In this document: positions 1 to 9,652 of the stretch, in pieces
How the letters are laid out: every line of letters starts with the position of its first letter
How positions within the stretch are numbered: position 1 is the first letter of the stretch
Assembly: GCA_043811375.1 (NCBI GenBank)
Contig: JBDRNJ010000004.1
Coordinates: 32,001-96,000, forward strand
Source: a bacterium
GTDB taxonomy: Bacteria > Zixibacteria > MSB-5A5 > GN15 > FEB-12
Direction: 5' to 3'
DNA length: 64,000 nt
Notes under the pieces: generated by a model
What the model saw: only the letters and a program-made list of their open reading frames with translations
What the model was told of the DNA's origin: nothing
Database searches by the model: none
Translations under genes and position numbers: made by a program

Positions 1-1
1 G

Positions 2-3000
2 GCACGTAATTTCAAGAGCGCCATCGCACGCGGCAAGAATTTCCAGCAGCCAATCGCTTTTGAAGGTGGCGTGGCCGCCAATCCCGGCATGACACGCGCC
101 TTTACCGAACTACTGAATCTGCAACCGGGCGAGTTGATAATCCCCCGTCACTATAACGTCATGGGAGCGCTGGGGGCCGCCCTGCTGGCAGAAGAAGAAA
201 AAACTCTGATTGAGAACTTCGATCCTGAGAAGATCACCAGCTATCTCAAATACCTGACCGTCGCTGCCTCCGGTCGGGATGCTCTGTCATTCGATCACCC
301 CGACTCCAAGCATTACAGCACCACTTTGTCACAACGTCCCGGCGACATCGACGGCCTTGAAGTATACCTGGGTATCGACGTCGGCTCGCTGTCGACCAAT
401 GTGGTGCTGATCGATGCCGACCATCGAGTGATCGCCCGTCGCTACCTGATGACCGAAGGTCGGCCGATTGAAGCCGTTCGCCGGGGTCTCAAAGAAATTG
501 GCGATGAAGTCGGTGATCGTGTTGTGGTAATGGCAACCGGTACTACCGGTTCCGGCCGGTACCTGACCGGTGACTTCGTGGGCGCCGACATTGTCCGTAA
601 CGAGATTACAGCCCAGGCCACGGCAGCTATCGACATCGACCCCGAAGTTGACACCATCTTCGAAATCGGTGGCCAGGATTCCAAGTACATCTCGATCGAT
701 AAGCGAGCAGTCGTTGATTTCGAGATGAACAAAGCCTGCGCCGCCGGCACCGGCTCATTCCTGCAGGAACAGGCCGAGAAATTAAGCATCAGGATAGAAA
801 CCGAATTCGGTGAAAAAGCGCTGCGAGCCCAGTGCCCGGTAGGGTGCGGGGAACGCTGCACCGTCTTCATGGAATCGGACTTGGTCGCCCACCAGCGCAG
901 CGGCGCCGGCAAAGATGACCTGGTTGCCGGGCTGGCCTACTCCATCGTCAGCAACTACCTGACTAAAGTGGTCGGCGACCGTCGGATCGGAAAGCACATC
1001 TTTTTTCAGGGTGGCGTCGCCTGGAACAAGGCCGTGGTCGCAGCCTTTGAAAAGCTCATCGGCAAAACCGTAACCGTACCGCCGCATCACGATGTGACCG
1101 GCGCTATCGGAGCAGCTATCCTGGCTCAGGAAGCGACGGCTCAGACGAACTTTGAGACAACCTTCAGGGGATTCGATCTGTATAAGCGGCGCTACCATAT
1201 CGACACCTTTACCTGCGAGGATTGCACCAACCATTGTGAAATACACAAGGTGGATGTTGAAGGTGAAGAGCCGCTGTACTATGGCTCCCGGTGTGAGAAA
1301 TACGATGTGGAGCGGCACTCCGATAAAACCCTGCCGCCCGACTATGTTAAACTGCGTCAAAAACTGCTGTTTAGAAGATATATAAAATTCCCTCGTCCGA
1401 AAAAGGTCAGGGGACGTATCGGTATCCCGCTGGCTCTGCATTTCCTGGATCACTACCCGTTCTGGCGGGCATTCCTGGAGTCGCTTGATTACCAGGTAGT
1501 CAATTCCTCTGTCTCCAATCAGCGGATTGTCGAGGAAGCGCTGGAATTGTTTGTCGCCGAGACCTGCTTCCCTATCAAAATAACCTACGGCCATATCGCC
1601 AACCTGCTGCGCAAAAAAGTGGATGCTATATTCCTGCCGGCTCTTATCAAGGTGAGTGAAGAATCGGATGACAACGAGGACGGCACCTACATCTGTCCCT
1701 ACGTGCAGAGCGTCGGGTCGGCAATAAAAACCGCTTTTGATTTTGAGAAAGCAGGAGTGAAATTCATCAATCCCCCGGTATCCCTGGGGGGCAGCGTAGC
1801 GGATATTAAGCACAAACTCAAGCAACTGGCACCCCATTTCGGACTGTCCGATCGGGAATTGAATCGAGCTGTCGAGGCCGGTCAGAAGGCGTTTGAGGCC
1901 TACAAGACCAGCCTGCGGGAAGAAGGACAGCGGATTCTTGATGACCTGGGTCCCGACGAGAAAGCAGTTGTAATCATCAGCCGACCTTACAACGGCTACG
2001 ACCGCCGACTGTCTCTGGAACTGCCGGCCAAAATACGCCGACTGGGGTTCAAGGCAATCCCGCTTGACTTTCTGCCGCTGGACAATTGCAACGGTGATTT
2101 CTCCTATATGTACTGGCGCTACGGCAAAACGATTCTAACGGCCGGCGACTATATCCGCACGCATCCCAACTTGTTTGCCGTCTATATCACATCTTTTGGT
2201 TGTGGACCGGATTCGTTTATCACCCACTTCTTCCGTAAACGGATGGCGGGCAAACCATATCTGCAACTGGAACTTGATGAGCATTCGGCCGATGCCGGGC
2301 TGATAACCAGATGTGAGGCGTTTTTCGATTCCCTGCGCTTCTATCGTTACCAGCCGCCCGTCAGCAGCTTCAACATAAGTTGCGACGATTTCAGGCCTTT
2401 TGAGAAGACTATCTACATCCCCAATATGTGCGATCATGCCTATGTGCTGCGAGCGGCCTTTGAGCGATTCGGACTGACGGCCAGGGTCCTCGACGAACCG
2501 GATGAAACAACGCTGGATATCGGCAAGAAATTCACCTCCGGTAAGGAATGTTTCCCCTGCGTTATAACAACCGGCGACATGATCAAGAAAATTCGCTCAT
2601 CCGACTGTGATCCCTCTCAGACGGTTTTCTTCATGCCCGGCGCCGACGGTCCCTGTCGATTCGGCCTGTACAGTCAGTTCCACCGCATTATCCTGGATGA
2701 TCTCGGCTACCAACAGACACCGATCTTCTCGCCTAACTCAAAAGATGGCTATTCCGGATTCGGTCTGGAGGGAACAGCCTTCAGAAAACTGGCATGGCAG
2801 GGAATGGTCTTCCTGGACTGCCTGGCCAAACTGCTGCACCGGGTCCGACCTTACGAGATCAACATCGGTGAGACGGAAAAAGCCTACCTGCATTTTCTGC
2901 AGAGGCTGGATCGGACATTAGTCAAAGATGAGTCCCTGAAAACCCTGGCGGAGCAAGCTGCCACTACCTTTGCGAAGATACCGACCCGGCCGGAACGCTT

Positions 3001-3604
3001 CCCCCTGGTAGGTGTGGTGGGCGAGATATTCCTGCGACATAACCGCTATTCCAACAACCACTTGATTGAGAAACTCGAGAAACTGGGCCTGGAAGTTTGG
3101 CTGGCCACGTTCTGCGAATGGCCCATGTACACTTCCCTGGATTATCGCCGTGATGCTTTTCTGAAGCGGAACTGGTCGGAGTTGCTGGAAAGCACGATCC
3201 AGGTATTTTCCCAGAAGCGTCAGGAGCACAAGATCGTCCATGGTTTTGAGCGACATATTGATCTCGTCCACGACTACCCGGTTGAGAAGATGATTCGTCT
3301 GGCTAACCCCTACCTGCCGATTGATTTCAAGGGTGAGGCGATACTGTCGGTGGGCAAAGCTATCGAAATGACTCAGCAGGGTTCTTCCGGAATCGTCAAC
3401 GCCATGCCTTTCAATTGCATGCCCGGCACGGTGGTCTGCTCCCTGTCAAAGAAAATCTCTGACGACCTCAATGGAGTGCCATGGCTGAACATCAGCTATG
3501 AGGGTTTACGCGATTCCGGCGAGGACACGCGGCTGGAAGCGTTTGCCGAACAGGTAAGGGCGTTTGCCCGACAGGAAGGGGCACGCTCGAAGGTCACCCG
3601 GTGA
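2..3604 (+). CDS. CoA-substrate-specific enzyme activase (BadF/BadG/BcrA/BcrD ATPase domains + DUF2229-like region), 5'-truncated by window edge
   Basis: Frame is open from position 2; ASKHA motifs GIDVGSLSTN, EIGGQDSK, CAAGTGSFL and FQGGVA; C-terminal GCGPD and PFNCMP motifs. Confidence 0.9.
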   Translation, partial: ARNFKSAIARGKNFQQPIAFEGGVAANPGMTRAFTELLNLQPGELIIPRHYNVMGALGAALLAEEEKTLIENFDPEKITSYLKYLTVAASGRDALSFDHPDSKHYSTTLSQRPGDIDGLEVYLGIDVGSLSTNVVLIDADHRVIARRYLMTEGRPIEAVRRGLKEIGDEVGDRVVVMATGTTGSGRYLTGDFVGADIVRNEITAQATAAIDIDPEVDTIFEIGGQDSKYISIDKRAVVDFEMNKACAAGTGSFLQEQAEKLSIRIETEFGEKALRAQCPVGCGERCTVFMESDLVAHQRSGAGKDDLVAGLAYSIVSNYLTKVVGDRRIGKHIFFQGGVAWNKAVVAAFEKLIGKTVTVPPHHDVTGAIGAAILAQEATAQTNFETTFRGFDLYKRRYHIDTFTCEDCTNHCEIHKVDVEGEEPLYYGSRCEKYDVERHSDKTLPPDYVKLRQKLLFRRYIKFPRPKKVRGRIGIPLALHFLDHYPFWRAFLESLDYQVVNSSVSNQRIVEEALELFVAETCFPIKITYGHIANLLRKKVDAIFLPALIKVSEESDDNEDGTYICPYVQSVGSAIKTAFDFEKAGVKFINPPVSLGGSVADIKHKLKQLAPHFGLSDRELNRAVEAGQKAFEAYKTSLREEGQRILDDLGPDEKAVVIISRPYNGYDRRLSLELPAKIRRLGFKAIPLDFLPLDNCNGDFSYMYWRYGKTILTAGDYIRTHPNLFAVYITSFGCGPDSFITHFFRKRMAGKPYLQLELDEHSADAGLITRCEAFFDSLRFYRYQPPVSSFNISCDDFRPFEKTIYIPNMCDHAYVLRAAFERFGLTARVLDEPDETTLDIGKKFTSGKECFPCVITTGDMIKKIRSSDCDPSQTVFFMPGADGPCRFGLYSQFHRIILDDLGYQQTPIFSPNSKDGYSGFGLEGTAFRKLAWQGMVFLDCLAKLLHRVRPYEINIGETEKAYLHFLQRLDRTLVKDESLKTLAEQAATTFAKIPTRPERFPLVGVVGEIFLRHNRYSNNHLIEKLEKLGLEVWLATFCEWPMYTSLDYRRDAFLKRNWSELLESTIQVFSQKRQEHKIVHGFERHIDLVHDYPVEKMIRLANPYLPIDFKGEAILSVGKAIEMTQQGSSGIVNAMPFNCMPGTVVCSLSKKISDDLNGVPWLNISYEGLRDSGEDTRLEAFAEQVRAFARQEGARSKVTR

Positions 3605-3743
3605 CACTGACAGCTTACCCTCCGCAGACAATTTGAAAGCTTCATCCTTGTAATAACGAGCGGTAATTGTTATCTTTGGAACCGGCACAGAAATGTGCTG
3701 TTACAAGGTAAAGGAAAGATTGAGATACCAAGCGGAGGAACAA

Positions 3744-4070
3744 ATGAGCAAGCCGATTCATGTCACTGATGATACCTTCGAAGCCGAAGTGGTACAATCG
3801 GACAAAACTGTCATAGTCGATTTCTGGGCCGCCTGGTGTGGCCCCTGTAAAATGATTGCACCCATCCTGGAAGAAGTGGCCGGTGAATACGGTGACCGCG
3901 TGAAGGTTACCAAGGTGGATGTGGACGCTAATAGTGTCGTGGCCGGCAAGTTCGGCATTATGTCGATCCCTTCGTTGCTGTTCTTCAAGAACGGTGAGGA
4001 AGTTGACCGGGTCATCGGCGCCATACCCAAGGCGCAACTGACCTCTCGGCTGGAAAAAGTCCTGGGTTGA
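3744..4070 (+). CDS. trxA: thioredoxin
   Basis: WCGPC active site; ATG at 3744 follows a GGAGG SD. Confidence 0.97.
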   Translation: MSKPIHVTDDTFEAEVVQSDKTVIVDFWAAWCGPCKMIAPILEEVAGEYGDRVKVTKVDVDANSVVAGKFGIMSIPSLLFFKNGEEVDRVIGAIPKAQLTSRLEKVLG

Positions 4071-4292
4071 ATCCGTACCGGAAGTCACCATAACCGGCTT
4101 CGGAAGTTCGGGGTGATCACAAACCGGAGACTGTTATGTCGCGGGGTCGGACGAAATGGCGGCCGCAGAATCGGTGGTACTCTACCTTTTTTTACCGGGT
4201 ACGGTCGGTATGGCAGACCTCAGACCTGTTTCAGCAGACACCGGCATACGGTTCAAATGGCTTGATTTTAAGACGAAAACCTGGGATTATGT

Positions 4293-4463
4293 ATGGGTGA
4301 GTATAGTCTGATTTGGCTGTTGGTGTTTCTGGCGGTCTGGTACCTGCTGCTGAGGAAAGTGCTGCCGCGTTTCGGAATCGGCACCTGACTGTCGAAACCA
4401 TGTGATCTTCTGGAGGAAGACAGACCGATCAAAAACAATGACGGCCCGGCCAAAGGTGAATAA
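4293..4463 (+). CDS. candidate small membrane-anchored selenoprotein (in-frame TGA 4386-4388; UxxxxC)
   Basis: Manual translation MGEYSLIWLLVFLAVWYLLLRKVLPRFGIGT-TGA-LSKPCDLLEEDRPIKNNDGPAKGE-TAA; hairpin TCTTC-TGGAG-GAAGA at 4406-4420. Confidence 0.6.
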
Positions 4464-4519
4464 CTGCCGTTAGATGGTTGTACTTAAATGATTTGGGCCA
4501 ACAACCGATAATACTACCG

Positions 4520-5350
4520 ATGAGGTATTTTCGCTCCAACCGCGAGCCAGCCAGAGGTGGCGTCACTTTCGGCCCGGGTATATTACCGCCTTTTATTAAG
4601 GTGATGATAATCGCCAATGTCATCATCTTCATAATACAGAAATTCTACCCACCATTGATGCTGCACCTGGGACTGGTCCCGGCCAGATTCTTCGCTGAGT
4701 TCCCCAATCTCATCTATCAACCGCTGACCTACATGTTCCTGCACGGCAGCCTGGGACATATCTTCTTTAATATGTTTGCCCTGTGGATGTTCGGTTCCGA
4801 GATCGAACATGGCTGGGGTGCCCGGGTTTTTGGCCGTTTCTATCTTCTGGCCGGGTTGGCCGGAGCACTCTTGTGTCTGATATTTAATGCCTCACAGCCT
4901 TATCCCATCATCGGCGCCTCGGCCGCCATATACGGGATTCTGGCTGCCTACTGGGTGATGTTTCCCAATCGCAAACTCTATCTCTACTTCCTGTTCCCGG
5001 TGAAAGTAAAATGGGCCATCCCGGGCATGATGTTGCTGGGTTTCTTGTTTTCCGCCGGCAACATTGCCCACTTCGCGCACTTGGGGGGTGCTCTGTTCGG
5101 ACTTGCCTATATCAAAACCGACCGGCGCTGGAATTTTCTTTCGGGGTGGTTCAACCGGCGACATCACCGGCGGCAGGAGGTCAAACTGGACCGCAATCGG
5201 CAACAGGCAGAAGACATTATGAAACGGATTGACTCCATTCTGGACAAGATCAACGAAGTCGGCATAGAGAACATCAGTAAGAGCGATCGAAAATTCCTGG
5301 AGGAAGCTTCATCCGAACTGTCCAGAAAAGATTCAGCTAAAGGCAGGTAG
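4520..5350 (+). CDS. rhomboid-family intramembrane serine protease with soluble C-terminal extension
   Basis: YMFLH..HIFFNM, GASA catalytic Ser and AHLGG catalytic His; C-terminal IDSILDKI motif. Confidence 0.92.
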   Translation: MRYFRSNREPARGGVTFGPGILPPFIKVMIIANVIIFIIQKFYPPLMLHLGLVPARFFAEFPNLIYQPLTYMFLHGSLGHIFFNMFALWMFGSEIEHGWGARVFGRFYLLAGLAGALLCLIFNASQPYPIIGASAAIYGILAAYWVMFPNRKLYLYFLFPVKVKWAIPGMMLLGFLFSAGNIAHFAHLGGALFGLAYIKTDRRWNFLSGWFNRRHHRRQEVKLDRNRQQAEDIMKRIDSILDKINEVGIENISKSDRKFLEEASSELSRKDSAKGR

Positions 5351-5356
5351 AAGGCT

Positions 5357-6607
5357 ATGCGTAAGAGGGTATTGCTGGCAGAACAATCGGACGCCATACG
5401 TGGTGTGGCTGAGACGGCATTACGACAAAGTGGCTTTGAGGTGATTTCGGTGGCCACCGCAGAAAAGGCTCTGGAGGTATTGAAGTTCTCCCGACCTGAC
5501 CTGATGATTCTGGGCGGTGAGTTGCAGACCGCCGATCAGAAACCGTTGTATGAAAAGATTCGCACCAATCCGCGGGCCGGGCAGATTTCTATGCTGCTGT
5601 TTGACGACTCGGGGAGTCTGCCGTTCCCGCCGGAGTCAATCATATCGAGACCCTTTGATGCGACACAATTCCTTCAGAAAGTGATGTTGCTCGCCAGCCA
5701 GGCACCAAATACCACGGATAAGCCGGTGATCACTAACCCGCTGGAAGAAGCCAATCTCGATGATGATCTTCTCGATGCTGCCCTCGGCATTGACCAGATT
5801 GACGTTACGGCATCGGAAGTAATGGACAAGACAACCGGAACCAAAAGAAAAGAGCCGAAACCGGCCCACAAGTTTGTGGGCCTGGAACACACCGAGGGTC
5901 AGTACGGAGATGTTAAAGATAGCGGAAAAGTCGAGTCGCTGATGATACGCGATGCCGAGGCTACCGATATACGCAGCAACTCCCGGCCGGATAAGAAAAT
6001 ACTCGCTCCGTCGGCCAGCGGAAAGCTGGACATACTTTCGGATCAGTTTATGATAACTGACCCCAATGCCGTCGACCGGTCGTCGGAAGACCGGTCACAC
6101 GACTACGAATGGTTTATCGACGAGATGCGCAAGGAAGTGAGTGGTTCTTCTGAAACCTCACCCGCCGAGAAAAAACCGGATACTTCGCCGGATTTGAACT
6201 TTTCAGAACCGTCCGCTATGGTCGATCCGGTAACACCGCCGCCGGAGACTCCGGTGAAAGAAACAGCCTCTTCGATCACGGATGGTGGTGTCGACAAGTT
6301 CATCGACGATTTCAAGAAAGAGGTTGAGAAAATCCAGGAAGAGAATCCGCCCGCTGTCAACGTCCCGGCATCTGAACCTCTGAAGACCGAACCGGCACCG
6401 ATCTCGCACCGGCAGCCTGATCGCGTCCTGACTTTAGAGCCGGAACAGGTGGCAGTGTTTACACAACAACTGTGCCGTGAACTGGCCGAAAAGATCGCTG
6501 AAAAGATAGTGGCCCGTATAGATCCGGTTGCGTTGGCCGACTCACTGAAGGAGGAGATTCTCTCCTGCATCAAGCACAACTCACCGGAAGAAGCTTCCAG
6601 GTCCTGA
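5357..6607 (+). CDS. atypical receiver-domain protein with long acidic/Pro-rich linker
   Basis: N-terminal CheY-like pattern (VLLAE...PDLMIL) lacking the canonical phospho-Asp; low-complexity middle; helical C-terminus. Confidence 0.7.
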   Translation: MRKRVLLAEQSDAIRGVAETALRQSGFEVISVATAEKALEVLKFSRPDLMILGGELQTADQKPLYEKIRTNPRAGQISMLLFDDSGSLPFPPESIISRPFDATQFLQKVMLLASQAPNTTDKPVITNPLEEANLDDDLLDAALGIDQIDVTASEVMDKTTGTKRKEPKPAHKFVGLEHTEGQYGDVKDSGKVESLMIRDAEATDIRSNSRPDKKILAPSASGKLDILSDQFMITDPNAVDRSSEDRSHDYEWFIDEMRKEVSGSSETSPAEKKPDTSPDLNFSEPSAMVDPVTPPPETPVKETASSITDGGVDKFIDDFKKEVEKIQEENPPAVNVPASEPLKTEPAPISHRQPDRVLTLEPEQVAVFTQQLCRELAEKIAEKIVARIDPVALADSLKEEILSCIKHNSPEEASRS

Positions 6608-6613
6608 TAATTA

Positions 6614-6789
6614 GAGGTTGTCCCAAAAGTCAACATTGGGTATATTGAACATTGCATCTAACAGATCATCATTCGCTAAACCCGCGTAGCGGCGGGCTTT
6701 ATGTCCGCCGCCGGCATCGCCACTTTTATTGGCGGGAGACAAGCCCCCTCCCTGCGCGCGTCAGAATAATCACCTTTTGAGACAGACTC
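6614..6789. mobile_element. non-autonomous MITE-like element (16-bp imperfect TIRs, AATTA target duplication, internal REP pair)
   Basis: Left end GAGGTTGTCCCAAAAG (6614-6629) vs reverse complement of right end GAGTCTGTCTCAAAAG (6774-6789), 13/16 match; AATTA at 6609-6613 and 6790-6794. Confidence 0.75.
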
Positions 6790-6863
6790 AATTACTCTTG
6801 CCCACCCTGTCCCTAAAAGTTATTCTTGGTCATCGTAAAACTGTTGTGAATGTATAAACCCTG

Positions 6864-8798
6864 ATGTCTATGCAAATAAACGACTCATACTCGTACCGGC
6901 GGTTGCTGACGACTCTGGCTCCGGCAGCTTTTTTGGCACTGCTGGTCTGCCTGCCGGCGGCGCTGGTTGTCCCAACCGCCTGCGCTCAGATTGAATTACC
7001 TTCGCCCGGTGAAACACCGGAAGTGACGATAGTCGAAGTAACGGCGCTGTTCTCCCGCTCGTCGGCACAAATGGGCAAAACCTACGATGCCGCCGTGGTT
7101 GTCTCCGTGAAATCCGGATGGCATATCAATTCGGTCGAACCATACCAGGACTGGCTGATCCCGGCCGATCTGGCTTTTGATCCGATTACCGAATTGATAA
7201 TCGACAGTATTATTTTCCCCGACAGCTATGATGCCCTGTTGACCGGAGAGACTTTTTCAGTTTATGGCGGGCGAAGCGTAATCCGTTTTTCGGTAACTGT
7301 CGCTGCCGATGCACAACCCGGCACCTACCAGCTGCCGATCCGATTCACATACCAGGCCTGCAATGACCGCGAGTGTCGACCGCCGGAAACAATCGAGATG
7401 CAGTTATCCGTTACGGTAGGAACTGAGGGCGCTCCGGTCCACGGCGACGTTTTCGACGCTACCGTCGAAAGCCTGCCTGGAGATGTCGTCGCGGAATCGG
7501 GCACCACCGAAGAAAACTACCTGCAGAGGTTGATTACCGAGCACGGTTTCCTGGGTTACCTGATTGCCCTGGGGATCGCCTTTCTTTCGGGGCTGCTGTT
7601 GTCCTTCTCGCCGTGCACTTACCCGATGATTCCCATCACGGTCAGTATCTTCGCCGGACAGAAACGCGGCATCGGTCGCGGCTTCATGTTGTCCCTGCTG
7701 TATGTCGGTACTATGGCGGTGGTGTACGGCATCATGGGATTGATTGTCTCGCTGGTGGGAGGGGTCTTTGGCGCCTGGCTGGCCAGCACCCCGGTGGTCA
7801 TCGGTATTTCCATTATCTTTGTTATCTTTGCACTATCGATGTTTGGTCTGTACGAACTGCAGGTGCCGTCCTCCATTCGCCAGAAGCTGGGCACGGTGTC
7901 CCGGGGCGGCGGCGTGATGAGTTCGATAGTCCTGGGGTTCGTGGCGGCACTGGTGGTCTCGCCCTGCGTGGGACCATTTGTGGCCGGTATTCTGTTGTAC
8001 GTAGCCACCAGCGGATCACCGCTGGTCGGTTTTTTGGTTCTGTTTGTTTTCGCCATCGGTCTGGGGACGTTATATCTAATCATTGGAACGTTTTCGTCTG
8101 CGATCAGCAATCTGCCCGGAGCCGGCGGGTGGATGGAATCCATCAAGAAGTTCTTTGGGTTTGTCCTATTGCTGATGGCCCTCTATTTCATCCGCACCAT
8201 CATTCCACCCAACATGGTCGCGGTTCTGGCAGGCTTGCTGCTGGTCGCCTTCGGTGTCTTTGGCGGCGGCCTTGATCGATTGACACCGGAATCCGGCTTC
8301 TTCCTGCGGCTGAAGAAGCTCCTGGGTTTGCTGGCCCTGTTGATGGGGGTTTACCTGCTGACGGGTACGCTGATCCGTCAGGGTGTGATTCTGCCACCGG
8401 CATCTCAATGGTTGGCGGTCGGCGAGAACTCCGGCGCCCGGACGGAACTGATCGAGTGGGAAACTGACCTTGAGGCCGGGCTGGCCCGTGCCATGGCTGA
8501 AGGCAAACCGGTAATGATCGACACCTGGGCCACCTGGTGTGTCAACTGCCGCGTGCTGGACACCAAAACCTTCGGTAATCCCGACGTTGCCGGAGAGGCA
8601 ACCCGATTCATCTGTATCAAGGTCCAATTGGAAAAAGCCGACACACCAATATCAAAAAAATTCATGGCTCGCTTCGGTCTTAAACATTACTCGCTGCCGA
8701 CGACACTGTTACTCGATTCGCAGGGGCGGGTGCATCGCACCATCAAGGGCGTCATCGGACCTCGGGAGATGATCGCCGAGATGCGCCGGGTGTCATAG
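6864..8798 (+). CDS. dsbD: DsbD-like thiol:disulfide interchange / cytochrome c biogenesis protein
   Basis: N-terminal Ig-like domain with QACNDREC; TM domain with SPCTYPMIP and SPCVGP; C-terminal thioredoxin WCVNC. Confidence 0.88.
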   Translation: MSMQINDSYSYRRLLTTLAPAAFLALLVCLPAALVVPTACAQIELPSPGETPEVTIVEVTALFSRSSAQMGKTYDAAVVVSVKSGWHINSVEPYQDWLIPADLAFDPITELIIDSIIFPDSYDALLTGETFSVYGGRSVIRFSVTVAADAQPGTYQLPIRFTYQACNDRECRPPETIEMQLSVTVGTEGAPVHGDVFDATVESLPGDVVAESGTTEENYLQRLITEHGFLGYLIALGIAFLSGLLLSFSPCTYPMIPITVSIFAGQKRGIGRGFMLSLLYVGTMAVVYGIMGLIVSLVGGVFGAWLASTPVVIGISIIFVIFALSMFGLYELQVPSSIRQKLGTVSRGGGVMSSIVLGFVAALVVSPCVGPFVAGILLYVATSGSPLVGFLVLFVFAIGLGTLYLIIGTFSSAISNLPGAGGWMESIKKFFGFVLLLMALYFIRTIIPPNMVAVLAGLLLVAFGVFGGGLDRLTPESGFFLRLKKLLGLLALLMGVYLLTGTLIRQGVILPPASQWLAVGENSGARTELIEWETDLEAGLARAMAEGKPVMIDTWATWCVNCRVLDTKTFGNPDVAGEATRFICIKVQLEKADTPISKKFMARFGLKHYSLPTTLLLDSQGRVHRTIKGVIGPREMIAEMRRVS

Positions 8799-8838
8799 GC
8801 TCCGACGGCAATTTTGGCAATTTTGTCCTTGCCCTCGC

Positions 8839-8867
8839 TTGACTGCCCCGAAGTGCAATCCTATATT
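8839..8867 (+). promoter_or_regulatory. sigma70-type promoter (TTGACT-17-TATATT)
   Basis: Consensus match upstream of the 8903 ORF. Confidence 0.55.
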
Positions 8868-8902
8868 GTCTTCGAAATAACCACATCTCGCATGAAGAGA
8901 GT

Positions 8903-9649
8903 ATGCCGCCGAAACGACAGAACAAAGCCGTCATTGCCATTTGCATTCAGGAACCGTTCGAAGATGGATCCAGTATGGACTTCGGCCTCATCCAGGGCGA
9001 CAGCCTGCGATTCCTGCATCAGGCCTTCATAACCGACACGATTACTCATTCGCTCAGTATCAATAAGGTCGACGTACGACTTTACTATATCGACAATCCG
9101 GAGCGCAAACACCTGGTGAAGATCATCACCGACTATCTTAAGAAGAAACTCACCGGCGGCCTGGCAAAAGCTTTTGCCTGCCAGTTCCACTCGACGGAAC
9201 TGCAGCACGATCGCTGGGGTGTTCGTATCGACAAGGTCTTCCGCGAATGTTTTGCGGCCGGCTACAAGCATGTTCTGGTCATCGGCAGCCGCACTCCCAC
9301 TATCCGGGCATCCATGATCGAGCGAGCTCTCAATCAGTTGGTGGAGGGTGATGCCGTTTTCGGTCCCACACCAGAGGGCAGATACTACGTGATCGGCATG
9401 TCGGGAGCTTACCAGATCAACCTGGCGGATTTCGACTGGAAGTCACCGTCCATATACTCTGAGGTAGCCGAGGCATTTACCGACAAGTCGCTGGCCTGGT
9501 CGGAACTGGAGATATGGTACGCTGTGGAAACATCGGAGGAACTGGAGATCATGGTGCGCGATATCAATCAGTTCCGTTATGAAGGTGACGAAACCTCATC
9601 CCGTGAGACGGAACTGGTCATGGAACGCATCCTGTCCAAGCTGGGATAA
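8903..9649 (+). CDS. DUF2064-like (GT-A/CofC-like) protein, divergent
   Basis: VLVIGSRTP and AVFGPTPEGRYYVIG resemble the family motifs IGxDxP and GPAxDGGYYLIG. Confidence 0.7.
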   Translation: MPPKRQNKAVIAICIQEPFEDGSSMDFGLIQGDSLRFLHQAFITDTITHSLSINKVDVRLYYIDNPERKHLVKIITDYLKKKLTGGLAKAFACQFHSTELQHDRWGVRIDKVFRECFAAGYKHVLVIGSRTPTIRASMIERALNQLVEGDAVFGPTPEGRYYVIGMSGAYQINLADFDWKSPSIYSEVAEAFTDKSLAWSELEIWYAVETSEELEIMVRDINQFRYEGDETSSRETELVMERILSKLG

Positions 9650-9652
9650 GTT

